Shown here piece by piece: positions 24,611-38,225 of a DNA stretch of 64,000 nt. Source of the stretch: the human T2T-CHM13v2.0 reference genome, Homo sapiens; the NCBI RefSeq assembly GCF_009914755.1, contig NC_060942.1. One strand, given 5' to 3'. The notes below the pieces were generated by a model. It worked only from the letters and a program-made list of their open reading frames with translations, was not told the DNA's origin and did no database searches. Every line of letters begins with the position of its first letter. Within the stretch, counting starts at the first letter, position 1. The position numbers and the translations under genes were made by a program.

Positions 24611-26954
24611 CCATTTGGATCCTTATGTCTTGGTGGGCAAAAACTGTCACTGCCTCTGAAATAATGACATTCTGGCATCTTCTGAGGAGAGTGACCAATA
24701 GGATGAAGACTCCAGTCCAATTGGGAACATGGAGCCCTCCTGGCATTTTGGGGAGGACGATATTTCATCACTAGAGACTATTCCTTTTTGCAGAAAGTTT
24801 AGTATCCATGACCCCTGCCCCATAAGTGCTGACCATTCAGACCATCCAAAACTCTTCTACATTTCCTAACATCCCCAGGACTCTGGCTGGGAGGTGCTAA
24901 GAGGAACAGAGATTCCAAGATTAGGAAAAGGAGACCCAGGGAACACATGGTAGCTGTCTGCAAATAATAAAGATGCTCAGGTGCCAAATGCCCAAGGGCA
25001 CAAGCAGGTGAGGAGTAACTGGGCCTTCACTCAACACAGCGATCATTTCCCAACCACGACTGGCCCACGCTGGAGCTTCTGGATGGCACGGAGCTCCCCA
25101 TTCGGGAAGCTTGCAGAGGAATCGGTGGGCATCTTCCAAGACTCCTGGAAAAGCCGTCACCACATGAAATGACAGGCTCGGCTGACTGATTCTATTTGTA
25201 AGATTTTTTTTTTTTTCATTTTAAAGCGTTTTTTTTTTTTTGTTTTTTGTTTTGTTTTGTTTTTTTCTTCGGACCCCTCTGAAACGTTCAGTGTTGAAAA
25301 GCTGTCTACTTACTCTCCCCTCCTGCCTGAAGTCTGAGTTTCTCTTCAGTAGGAGACACTTGGATGTCTGACCTGCACTGGAGCCTCCCTAATGAAAATG
25401 AGCTCACTGCTTCCCAATACTTTCCCTTTACAAAAAAGAAAAAGGAAGAAAGAGATAAAGAGAGAGCGAGGAAGGAAGGAAGGAAAAGAAAGATTGTCAT
25501 TTGACTAAATATTGAATTTTCTAAGAATTAATTCAGATATTTACACATACAGAAAAAAAATTGTATTGGTATATTTCTAGTAACTAAAGCAACAAATCAA
25601 ACAATATATTTTGACTATCCTCTATGCAAAAATTATGTGGAATAGGATCTCTAACAATACAGCTAAGTTACAGTGGAAATTTCTAGCACAAGAAAAGCTG
25701 GTCTCCCAGGCCCATAGTTCTGTATGCCACTGAATTCAGACCTGGTAAATGTAGAGCAAATAACATGATTGCACTAAGACTTGAAATACAAGCGTCAGTC
25801 TGGGTGCCAGCTCGAATGAATTAATCCTATGTTTAAATGGAATCGGGTGTTTTTCTCTTGCAGTTGGATGCTTTTTTCCTTTACCAATCAAAGTAAAAAA
25901 TGGAGCAATTAAAAAGAAACCAAAATATTGCAAGCGCTTAGTCTTTTGTACGTAAGGGGGGCTTTTTAATTTTATTACTTTTTATTTCAAACATAACATA
26001 AACCAAAAATTAATTACAGCAATTACATAAATTATTTGAAAATACATAATGCCAATGATTTCAGTGGCTGTATATTTAAGGAATCCATATTGTACACATA
26101 TTCTTTGTCAGGCGTAATGGGAGCGGGGGCAATAAACCCTCAGAGATAGCAGGAGCATCTGCCTCGGCGTTAGCCAGGCACGGTTAACCGCTGGCTGCCA
26201 GGGGTTCTTCACCTGGACTCACACAACACATTGGGCAGGGATGCAAATGCCACTCTAAAAAGCTCAATCCCTGCTACGTGAAAGAAGCTAAGTGCTGTAA
26301 CGGGGAGGGGCCAGTCTACCGGAACGCCACAGAAAAGTCAAGTTACAACAAAAATGAAAAGATTAGTTGGAGGCTCAGGAGCAGTGGGGTGACACAGGGA
26401 AGACAATTCACCCAAGTCCTGGGCCAGTTCACAGCTGCAAGATCCAGGGCTAGCACTTCTCTCTGGGCTCATAATGCATTGCTTCTGACAGGAAAACTTC
26501 TAGATATGACTCCAAGATTTTGTGATTTACTTGACCACCCATATGATACAAAGACATTAAATGTAAAAAGTCAAGTTCAAAACAAACAAATGGACACTGC
26601 TGACAGTAGAAGAACTCAGACTCTCAGTCGATGAGGAATCCCTTGCCCCATTTTTGCCGTTCACCCATTAATATATATTTTTTCACTGTGTCCCTTCCTT
26701 TAACACTTGAGCTGGAGCAAGATGAGCATCTGAGAAAACTGCCACTCATGCTTGGGAGATGTCTCAGGAAGAGAGCGCAGAGCCTTCGTGACGACAGTGC
26801 CCAGTTCTGAGTGTGGAGGTGCCGGGTCCTTCGGGGGCTCCTGTGCCAGCCGTTAGCTCCAGTTAACCATTTATGCTCCTTTACTCTCTTTCTCATAAGA
26901 GATGGCTCCATCTTGTTTTATCTACTGACTTTTTTTCCCATAGTTTTAAGATTA

Positions 26955-27275
26955 TTTTTAATATTATTATTATTTGCATTTCTTATTTGTATAAACTTAA
27001 GGGGTACAAGTGCAGTTTTGTTACATGAATATAATGCATAGTGCTGGGGTCTGGGTTTTTAGTATAACGATCACCAGAAAAATGTACATTGTCCCCATTA
27101 AGTAATTTCTCATCTGTCACCACCCTCCTCCCCCGCCACCCTTCCAAGTCTCCATTGTCCATTATTCCACACTGTGTGCCCATGTGTACAGGTGATTTAA
27201 CTTCCTCTTGTAAGTGAGAACACGTGGTATTTGACTCTGCTTCTGAGTTGTTTCACTTATGATAACAGCCTCCCA
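26955..27275 (-). mobile_element. L1PB-type 3' end
   Basis: ggggtacaagtgcagttttgttacatg...gtaagtgagaacacgtggtatttgact. Confidence 0.85.
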
Positions 27276-27499
27276 TCTGTTAGTGTCCTTCACTTATTTT
27301 ATTTGTCACATTATTTCATCATAAGTAGCATGAAAAGTCTGAATAGGAGATCAGAAATATACAACTTAGCAAAATAGCAAAAAATAAAAATCATTTTTAT
27401 ACATAAGTTTGAGATATTTGACAGAAACGTCATTAGGTACGTGTCTATTACATTTCTCATCCCATGTTGCTGGTCTGCATATCTACTTCAAAATGTCAA

Positions 27500-27640
27500 C
27501 TTCATTCCATATCCATCAATAAATATTTACTGGGAGTTATTCTATAGCAAATATTGTGTTAGGTGTGGTGAACACAGAGGGGCACAAGACAACCATAACC
27601 CATATCTAACTGTATAGACCCCCAAATACATTCCTTATTC
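27500..27640 (-). mobile_element. L2 3' end fragment
   Basis: ccatcaataaatatttactggg...tgtgttaggtgtggtgaacacagag. Confidence 0.55.
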
Positions 27641-30277
27641 AGTACAGCAAAGAACATGCCATATGTGCAGAAGACAGCACTATGTGAGAAATCTCTTTTC
27701 TTAAGACCCAGAATGGTGAAAAGAAGAACATTTTGTTTTTGTCGACAATGAAGTTTCTTCCCTGGCTCTAGAACGCAAATAATGTTAAAAGCCCCACAGG
27801 ATGGAATGCAGGAAACAGACCCTAAGGAGCTAAAGACTGGCTTCATCTCTGGCAACCTAGGGGTGAAACCTCAACAAAACTCCAGACTTACGTACAGGTG
27901 GTTCAGGCCACAAAAGTGTTGGAGGAATATCTCCAAGATGCCTGATGCTGTTCTCAGATGCCTCCATTCTCTCTATTGTAGATCCAGCCTCGGCTCAGCA
28001 GGTACCACGTGGGTGCAGAGCAGAGAGGAGCCTGGCGGAGAAGGAGCCCATGCCACGGGGGGCCTGGTGGATAGGAGGACTCCAGGGAGACCCAGAGCTC
28101 CTGAAAGAAGCAGTGTTGAAGGGCGGGGAGGGTAGTGCACAGAATGGGAAATGGTGTTGCCTCATAGAGAAGGAATAGGTAGGAGAGCAATGTTTCAAGT
28201 CTTCAGTATCTTAGGATAATGGGAATGCCAGCATGTTGTCCATAAGAACTTCCTAAGTACCCAGAATAACAGAAGAAGACAGATTACCCAGTGCTCGCTG
28301 CCACTTTTATTGAAACAGCATTAACTGCAGATGAATTTCATAAAGTAGTTTGTTCTGCATACAGGATCTCAAAAGGTATTCAGAGATGAGTCATCCAATC
28401 TCTTTATTTTGTAGAAGCCACACAGAGATTTTGATGCCTGTATGAAGTAAAAAACCCAGGATGGGAACGGGAACAGGTCTTAATATCTCTTATCTCCACA
28501 GGTCACAAGGAGGAGAAGACTGGATTTAAATGCTAAGTCCAGCCAAACATGCAGGGGTTACATCTTTGCAAGGGTTCTTAATGGGAGGGTGCTAACTGCC
28601 TGGTTTAGTTCTAACTGCCTTTAGAAATAGACAATGTTTGTCCATTCTATTTTTAGTCTCTTACACAAAAATGAAGGGTTATCAGGAGAAAAAGTTCCTA
28701 GAGTCAGCATTTATGTTGAAAAAGATTTCTAGATTTAAGTGGATCCAGTGTGAGTATCAATTGTCGGCATTTACTTCTATAACCACTCTGTCTTAAAAAC
28801 TTTTAGCTCCATTTAGAAACTTATAAGTTATATATCAGACCCCTGTAGACAGAAAGAATACACTAGTTTGAATAGATTGCTTCAAACAGACATATCTACG
28901 GGCCTAAATACAGTTGAACTCAAGCAGTGAAAAACAGAATTATTTTACAGATGTTAATCTTCTGAAAAATTTTGTCTAAAAAACGTCTATTGCCAGAGAA
29001 AATAGAGAGATTAAAATAAAAAAGGAAAAGCACTGATACTTCTAACATCTTTTATGTATCCATTCATTTGGTTGTCACATAGTCAGCTAAGAACACTTTA
29101 CAACCTAAGACATGTAACGCTTTCTGTGATTGCCAATACCATTTTCGGAGAGTGTTTTTTATAAACGGAGCTGCTTGTCTCATGAGTCATCTGTTTCAGA
29201 GATGACAAAGAGCATCCCAAAGTTAGCCTGCCTCCTCCAACTCTAACTCTGGTTCCTACCTATGCACTTTAATATTTAAGGTGAGGCTTTCATGACCAAA
29301 TATGAGTAATAAGTTTAAAACATTTGAACATGTGTTCCACCTGCTACCAAGAAGGAACTTGGAGATCAATGCCTAGATGTTCATTGACAAACCTACATAT
29401 CAGCTATCTTATATGTCTGCAAATCATTTTTGTCTCCCTTCAGCTTTGCAAAAAGTCTAGCTCTAAGAAGTGATTTAGAAATATGAGAAATTTCTTGAAT
29501 CTCTTTGTGCGGAGACTTAGGAGTAACCCATGTTTCCTTCTGGGCTGATATACAGCCGTATCTCGATTCCAAGTCATCCTTTGACAATGATCACCAGTCC
29601 CTTTGGCATCATCCTCCTTTGTGTGTTGAGGCCCCTGTAAAACCTCAGTCAATAAGTGCTTAATACAAAAATTGACAGTGGTTTATGGGGTACTGATTCA
29701 TAAAGGACTCGGGCTGACAGCATCGAGCCTTGTCATGATTTGCATTTCCAACCACTTAGTAAATAACAGTATTTGTCTAAAAATAAAGTCTAAAAGTTAA
29801 ATGCAAAAGAAATGAGTTCTCAGGAAGGTGGTTAAGTATTAAAACAAGCACTATAAAGTAGATTTATGTCATCTTAAAAGATCCTAGTCTACATAGGAGA
29901 ATAAAGAAACAGATGGAGGTATACTGAACAGTTATAGGAAGTCTGTGCTTGTTTAAAAGTCATGTGTTGATTGACATCATCTTTAGGTCTATGTTCAATT
30001 TTCAGAGAAAGCTAAAGAATTGCATTGGTTTTCCTGATGGTTGCATAATAAATTAGATAAACAGGTCCTATAATCATGTCTTTAAATCTGATTTGTAGCT
30101 GCAAAGGGAATTTATGCTTAAACATCTTTAAGTGTAAACAAACACAAGTCAGAGGAGAAGGCATGGATTCTCAAGTTTCCTTTTCATGCTACAGAAACTT
30201 CAGGAGGCTAAGTCTGCTATTTTTCTCCCATCTCCCCACCTTCATCCTCAGTTAACAAAATAAAACATTACTTCGTC

Positions 30278-30687
<410 letters not shown>

Positions 30688-31844
30688 TTATTCTTTGACA
30701 AATAAGATGAGGGTAGAAACTTTTTTAAATGGTAAAACCATTGTCTTTATTTCAAATTCAGGAAGAAAAGAATTGTAATAACAACAGCAAAACTATAACT
30801 TCATAAAATATATCATCCCAGTATCTCTAGTAAAATCTAAGAAAAAAACAAATCAATCCCAAATATAGTATTATTCCCGAATAGTAGACAAAGCTTCCAT
30901 TTCCAGATAGAAGGGACTAATGGGCATGAGCAAAGGAAGGATGAAAGAAACTCCCTATGTTATGGATGTATGCAAAATGACTCATGATTAAGTACGAGGT
31001 AAAACAAAGGTATAATTCAGGAAGGTATTGTTCTGCCAAGGTGTTGCTATGCTTGTGAATTAAAATTGTTGATCTTGTTTTAAAACATATATGAATGTCT
31101 GTGTGTGCTCTAAAAAAACTTGAATTTGCATGCGGACCTGGTGTTCTGACATAGACTAAAGAGGTCTCACATGGACTCTGTTTTCTATGTATTTGCATAA
31201 TAACTGAAACAGACATATTTTGATAGGCATTTGGAGTATTGTTTTAATATAATTTTCAACTTGACCTTTTGCTTTATAAACTAAGACTATTTAGTGCTCA
31301 CAAACATTTGAGAATAAAATATTTTAGAGGTGGATCCTAATTTATACTAAGGTTGTCTTTCTAGGCTAATAAAAGATTTTCTTGGGATCCAATATGAAAC
31401 TCCACAGGAATTTCAGTTTTCTAAAAATGTGAAATGGTAAAGAAGGTCTCCTATTAAGTAGAACAAGAGATGCATTCAAATATTAGGTGACGTTTTCTTA
31501 GAAAGTTAGAGGAAACGTAACATCAAATGTAATTTTGCATAACTACATTTTTGATAAGTATTGCACTATCTCATTTGGATTCTTTCCACTATAAACATTG
31601 CTTTATAATAACTTTTGTGATTTTTTTTTTTTGGAAAACACTTTAATCTGGATGAGCACCTAAAAAGAAAAATTGTTTTAAATGGTAAATAGTGATTACA
31701 ATAGCATCAAGGAGGAAACCTAAGTTAAATTCCCAGATGTTGAAAACACACATAGTAGAATAATCACATAAATGAAGCAATTGTAAGCCATCAGATTATT
31801 TGGGGATTCAATGAGAATTTCAGTGCTCAGTTGTTTTTTTAAAT

Positions 31845-32166
31845 TAATTAATTAATTTATTTATTTATTTATTTATTTTTTGAGATGGAGTCTTGCTCTT
31901 TTGCCCAGGCTGGAGTGCCGTGGTTCTATCTTGGCTCACTGCAAGCTCCACCTCCCCAGTTCACACCATTCTCCTGCCTCAGCCTCCTGAGTAGCTAGGA
32001 CTACAGGCGCCCACCACCATGCCCGGCTAATTGTTTTTTTGTATTTTCAGTACAGACGGGATTTCACTGTGTTAGTCAGGATGGTCTCAATCTCCTGACC
32101 TCGTGATCCACCCGCCTTGGCATCCCAAAGTGCTGGGATTACAGGCGTGAGCCACCTCACCTGGCC
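31845..32166 (-). mobile_element. AluY
   Basis: gcaagctccacc, cacaccattctcc, gtcaggatggtctcaatctcctgacctcgtg, with a (TTTA)n tail. Confidence 0.95.
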
Positions 32167-33434
32167 TGTTTTTTAATTTTTTTTTTAATACTAAGCAACA
32201 TAGGTGTTTCCACCCAGTAAGTCAAGGTTAAAGTGGAATTTTCAAATGAAAAGCCAATCTCAGTCAACTTAACTATAAAATCAGTTTGCTAAACTCTAAA
32301 ATTGGAATTTGGCTGGATAATCTCTAAAGTCCACTAAATGATGACAAATGTGGGGTTGTGATAAGGTGAGAATAAGAACTGTGGTCAGCATAGGCCAGGG
32401 GCTTAGATGACTATGAAGAGCTGAGGGGTGGACTTCTCCTCAAGGAAGAGGGTGGCAGCCCACACGCCCAACCCAGAAGACACAGTCACATGCAGAGGAC
32501 TCCAGGCTCACTCTGAACATCAAGAGGCAGAGTGTGGACGTGCTGGGTCATTGGTGGCTCTAGGGCAGAGTCACGGGACTGAACCATTTGCACTGACCAG
32601 TGGGGAATGAAGCAGACCCAATCCAGGAAGGAGGCCTGGGTTCAGGTGACCAGGCTGGTGTCAAGACCAGACTCATGTCCTAGTAAGATGTGGAATTCAG
32701 GTGGGTGGAAACGAGGGATAGAGAGGGAAGTCAGAGAGTAGAAGATTCTGCTTTGGATGGAGAGTGTAGAGAACAAGACGCATAAGGATGTGGCCAGCAT
32801 CCAGGTGCACTTCTCCAGCTAAATACTGCTTGTAATGTGTTGTTCATTGATGTACTAATTGGGAGGGCAAAGAACTACACTGAATTATTCCTCTGCTTTC
32901 TCCAGGCATGGATAAAAACATGGCCCAACTTCTGTCTAGTTGTTTGTTCGTTTGTTTAATCCGTCAGGGCCTGCAAAGACCCAGGCTGTCCTGCAAGTAG
33001 CTCCATGAAGCAAGACGTTGTCCTGCAACATTCCCCGCAGTGTTCCTTCCCACCTGCAGGGGCGAGCTGTTCCTTTCTCCATGTTGAGCTTCTCCTTCAA
33101 AGTGGGGAGTGGGGCTGTCTTGGCGGGGCATGCTACCTGGGATCTCTGTGTGTCTCCCAGGCCCTACTGTCTCACCTTGTGCAGGACTCTGCAACCTACT
33201 GACAGTGGGACTTTAGGGAAGTCAACGTCCTGATTCGGGAAGGTGGGCAATAAAGCTCATTTTCTGGTTTTCTGTGTGGATTCTGCACAAGGGCCCATGG
33301 AGAATCCCTGATACACACTAATTCCCTTCCCTGCACATGCTAATAAATTCCCTGCACATGTGAATTCCCTTCCTTTTCACTTTGCCATCAGTCAGTTCGA
33401 CTGAGTTTATTATTCATTATTGGGTTGAAGAGAA

Positions 33435-33655
33435 GGGAAGAGAAGTAGGTTATGGTTACAGAATGCAGGCTTTAGGGCTAGGAAGATATGGATTCAAATC
33501 TTGCCCCTACCATTTGAAGTCGTGTGGGCCTGAGTGTTCAGTGAAACCTTTGGAGCCTCTGTGTTCTCATCTGTAGAATGGAGGCAGGACTGATGTGAGG
33601 TTTAGAGATGATGTAATGGTATCGCAGCCTAAAAGACACTACATTAATGCTGGCT
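33435..33655 (+). mobile_element. MIR
   Basis: ggattcaaatcttgcccctaccattt...gagcctctgtgttctcatctgtagaatgg. Confidence 0.7.
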
Positions 33656-33879
33656 TTCAGTATGAGCTTGCCCTGGTATCATTGTGTATACTGCCACAAA
33701 TCATTGAGGCTGAGAGACAGTAATTCAGATGGACAGTACCTCATACTGTCACCTGACATTGTCACTTTCAGTGTGTACATTCCATGGTCACCTCCTTTCA
33801 TCCTGTAACAGTTGCTAAAGTAGTCACAAAGATGGTGCCATTGTCCCTTAAGATAAAGTGCTCTCTATTGACTGTCACT

Positions 33880-34350
33880 CAGTGAGTGGGTGAATAAAAC
33901 ATGGTGAATCCATACAATGGAATACTATTCAACAATAAAAAGGAATAAAGTACTGATACAAGCTGCAGTATGAATGGGCCTCAAAAACATTAAGTTATGA
34001 GAAAGAAGCCAGACATAGAGGATCACATATTACATGAGACCGTTTATATAAAATGTCCATCAAAGGCAAATCTATATAAAGTGATTAAGTTAATCTGTGG
34101 TTGCCTGTGGCTGGGATGAAAATGATCACTGACTGCTCATGGGTATCAGTTTTCTTTTGGAGATGATGGAAATATTCTAAAATTACACTTGATCTTAGCC
34201 AATAGGCCGAGAAGCAATATCCTAAAATTAAATTGTGGTGATGATACAATGATTCAGTTTACTAAATGTCATGGAGTTGGATCCTGAAAATGGGTGAATT
34301 TTATAGAACACAAATTGTGCCTCAGTAAAGGGATTTTTAAAAAATAAAAC
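33880..34350 (+). mobile_element. L1MB (7/8-like) 3' end, host of the U2 retrocopy
   Basis: catacaatggaatactattcaacaataaaaaggaa...gaaagaagccagaca...aaaatgggtgaattttat...ctcagtaaag followed by an A-rich tail. Confidence 0.85.
34184..34218 (-). pseudogene. 3'-truncated (tailless) U2 snRNA retropseudogene, U2 nt 1-35
   Basis: The reverse complement ATTGCTTCTCGGCCTATTGGCTAAGATCAAGTGTA matches U2 ATCGCTTCTCGGCCTTTTGGCTAAGATCAAGTGTA at 33/35. Flanked by at(t/c)ctaaaatta (34174-34185 and 34219-34230). Confidence 0.93.
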
Positions 34351-36917
34351 TGTCAACGTTGCCATACGATTGCACAGCTGGGGAGTGGAACCCCTGGGAC
34401 CTGGGCCCCCCTTTGGCTCTGAGTCTCCTTCCCCTCTGTAGACATTGTCACGTGGCATGCCACCATGGCCTCCCGCATCATGAAGGGTAGGCCCAGTCCT
34501 TCTGCAGCCTTTGTCTCCTCTCGCTCTTGTCCCTGCTCCACTCTGCTCCAGAGACCGTGGCTTTGGACCGTTCCAGGTTCCCTTGGCGTGCCAAGCCCTG
34601 GTCCCTGGGACCCTCTGGGCTGGGTCTCTGACTTTTCACTTCTGCCGCTTCTGCGACAATGTTGCCCTGTCTGCGAGGTTTTCCCAACCACCCAATCTGA
34701 TGTACCCTCTAAATGCTCCATCCCCATTTATTCTCTGTCCCTCAGGCTTAACTGCCCTCTGAGCACCAGCTCATCACATACGTGTTTGTTTTTTCTCCTT
34801 TCCTCTAGAATGTGGTCGTCTTGAGAGCCAGAGCCATCCTGCTTGGGGTTCTGGTAGCACCTGAGGCAGAGCAGGTGTTGTGAAGGGGAGGAGCAGACAG
34901 AGGGAGGGCAGGAAAGACGTCCCCAAGTGGGCATTGAGAGTCACGGGAGGAGAGCCTGAGGGGACGCTGTTCCGACCTCACCAGCTTGGCATCCACGGTG
35001 CCCGATTGCACTCAGCTCCCAGGGAGGCCGAGCACATCCAGTGGACTCCCAACTCCCCAGGCTGTGAGCGTCAGGGCCAAAAAGCTCTCTGAAGCCTAAG
35101 AGAAGAACATTAGCCAAGGCAAAAATTTAAAAAAAGAAAAAAGAGGGTCGAGGTCATTTCGTATTATTTGAATGACTTGTCTCCTTTCTGTATTTAGACA
35201 CCGCTGAAGTCCTTCCATACTTTTCTGAAATCATAAATGACTTGTTATCCCTCGAGGCATCAGGGAAGAACTCCCTTTGTATAATCTGTATATTAAAAGA
35301 CTTTGAAAGTGAATTTCTGTCAGTCAAAAAGAAACCTCTCTCTCTCTCTCTCCTGTCTCTCTCATACTGGTTGGTTTGAACACAAACTTCCCTGATGCCT
35401 TTCACCGTTTGTTTCCCTCTACGTATTAAAGCTCAAGCACAGATGGGAAAAGGGCACATGGGAAAAGTGGGAGGACACGGAGCACGGAGCATCTCCTAGC
35501 TTGCAGCCCCTGAGATTCCCGCCCCACCCTCTGCCGGCTCCTGATTCACGTGGGAGCTTTTGGGGATGCACTTCCCTGCTGCCATTCCACACAGTACCTG
35601 CCAGGATCCAGTTCCATGAGCTGTCCCTCTTGATGGTTCCCAGAACAGGAATGTGGAGCATGGGGACCTCACTAAGGACATCTGCAAAGTAGATGAGAAA
35701 TTGATCCTCATCCCAAGCCCTGGACTTCCTGCATGCCCTCATGCAGGGGCCCTGCTTTGATTCCCATAGCTCTGCCTTCATTGCAGGTGCCTGGAGCGCC
35801 TCTGCAGCATCCAAGCACTTACTCTGCCCACACTGAGTCTGCTGCTGTGGGAGAGAACCCCGCTGCTCTGTGGGCCACACCCACAGGGAAAGGCAGGACC
35901 TGTTCCCAAGGGAGGGACAAGGCGTGTTGCCTGTCAGCTGCTGGGCAGCGCTCATCCGTCTCTCTCATGACACAGGTGCAGTTCCCTGGGCCCTTCCAAC
36001 TCCTTCCTAAGGGCTCTCAAGGCCCCTGATCCCTTGATTTATTTCCTGAAGCACCTCCTCTTTTGGGAGTCTCCCAAATATCACAGGACCTGCTTGAGTG
36101 GGGAAGATCTTGAATCCAGTGCTCAGAAAGGACTCTCCTCTCTCTAAAATATGATATTATTGGATGTCTCCTTCCTGCCTGCTCTCTGCCTGTGAGCAGG
36201 GCTGGCTTGATAGCCCACTGTGGGAAAAGCCGTGTTTACTCGGAGTGTTTCTTGACCATGTTAGCCAAGGAGGTGGCCTTGGCCTTGTCCGTCTCCATGT
36301 CAGTTGGATCTGACAGCAGGGTCTGTTTTCTCTCTCTCACTCGGCGACACATTTAGCCACCTCTACTCCGCCTCATCTTGGTCCGGTAGGGAGGCAGGAA
36401 GGTGATTCCCCTGGAGGGATTTATGTTTGAATGTAAGACTTTTAAAGATGGAAATGAGCTCAAGGTGCTCACCTCTGAGGGCATGGCAGGTAAGCATGTC
36501 CCACCCAGACCCTCTCAGATCACTCTTGGTCATCAGTCAGCATGACAATAGCACAGCCAGCACCAGCTCTGTTCCTTGTCATGCCCAGGAGGCTCACTCC
36601 AGGGTAGTTTCAATGGATATAAGATGCCCTTTACAATGTAATCAGTTAATTCATTAATCCTGCATTAATGGGACAATTTCTTCGTGTGCAGCACTAATGA
36701 TACACAAATAAGACGTGGTCCTTCCTCTTAAGAATCTTGTGTCAAAGACAATTGGACATTCAGAATTCCAGGGAGTAAGGTGTGGCATCTTTCTGAGCCA
36801 TTATTCTGTCTACGATTATGGGCAACTTGCTTTTCTGAAAGCTCCCCATAGTCTAGGCATGTAATACATGTAACACACCTAGGATATGGGGGAGCTTTCA
36901 GAAAAATAGGTTGCCCG

Positions 36918-37372
36918 TAGTGCTAGATAGAATAATGGCTCAGAAAGATGCCACATCCTAATCCCTGGAAGCTGCGGATAAGTCACCCTTCATGGCAATG
37001 GGACCTTGCAGGAGTGATGAAGTTAAGAATATTGAGATGGAGAGATGATCCTGGAAGGTCCAAGTGGGCTCAGGGTCATCACAAGTGATCTTCTTAGAGG
37101 GGGCAAGAGGGTGAGAGTCAGAGAAGATGTGATAATGGAGCAGAGGCTGGCGTGATGCAATCAGGAGTCTAGAAATGGGATAGGCTCCAGAAGCTGGAAC
37201 CACAAGGAACAGATTCTCCCCCAGAAACTTCGGAAGGAACACAGTTCTGTGGACACTTAATTTTAGCTGGTAAGATCCACTGCAGATGTCTGACTCCTAG
37301 ACCCATATCACAGTGTCTATAAGCCACTATATGTGTGATAATTTGTTACAGCAGCAATAGGAGGCTGAAACA
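36918..37372 (+). mobile_element. MLT1D MaLR LTR
   Basis: cagaataatggc-like start, cacatcctaatccctggaa..., ending taatttgttacagcagcaatagga...aaaca. Confidence 0.85.
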
Positions 37373-37404
37373 CTCTGCATAGAGGAAGACATAATAACAA
37401 CGAA

Positions 37405-37640
37405 TCTATGTTCAGTCATTGCCATGTGCGAGATATCACCACAAGTCCTTTCCATCTGATAGTTTATTTAATCCTTGCAACAATTCTGTAAGATGAACAG
37501 TGTCATTATTCTCTTTTTCTGATTGAGCAAACTAAATTTCATAGAGGCTAAGGGACTTTCTAAAGTCACACAGCTAGAATGCGGTGGTGTCAGGATTCAA
37601 CTCCAAGCGGTCTGACTCTGCGGTCTTAACCAGTCTTAAC
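37405..37640 (-). mobile_element. MIR
   Basis: atttaatccttgcaacaattctgtaagatg...gattgagcaaactaa...aagtcacacagctag...caggattcaactccaag. Confidence 0.8.
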
Positions 37641-37994
37641 CCACCTCTCTGGGTGATAGTCCAGAAATGCCACCAAGATCACATGTACAGCCAAGGCAGA
37701 CATAATGATCAGCCAGGGCAGGGATTCCCTACCAAACACTTACTCCATCTTCACCACTTTTAGGATCTTTCAAATACTGTTATTATTCTTGTAATTGAGA
37801 GAAAATGGCTGTTTTCCAAAGTCTTGAATCTTCTACTTCTCTGCGTTACGATGACACTGAAAATATGATACTATAGATGAGAGGCTGCTACCAGAGCTTC
37901 CCTTTTGGGAATTCCCGCACCTAGGGCCACATCACCACACCCCCTGGTACCCCTCCCTTCTGATGAGGAAGCTCCCACAGTGGCTCGAGGCTGT

Positions 37995-38225
37995 GCGTCA
38001 TGTTCCCACAGTGGATTGCAGAATCATTGTGAGGGTAGAGACCAATCATTTTCTTAAAAATAAAATAGAATAACAGAGAATATTAGGGAACATGGCAGAA
38101 TATATAGAAAATATCAAAGTGCAAAAAAGCATAAGTAAACTTCAATTTTGTTTGACTTTACGTATAAATATTCCCTTATTCCCAACATAAAATAGATTTA
38201 TCACTGTGGGTTATGTTAGAAAACT
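37995..38225 (+). mobile_element. hAT-Charlie fossil (Charlie18a-like)
   Basis: aaaaataaaatagaata...gaaaatatcaaagtgca...ttatcactgtgggttatg. Family named from memory. Confidence 0.5.

Noticed and set aside
28386-29190. Two ATGAGTCAT AP-1 sites
   Set aside because: They are 800 bp apart, one lies in MIR-like sequence, and the frequency is unremarkable.
34350-36400. GC-rich block with many ORFs as a CpG-island promoter or coding exon
   Set aside because: CpGs are sparse relative to GpC, and the peptides are unrecognisable and occur in all frames.
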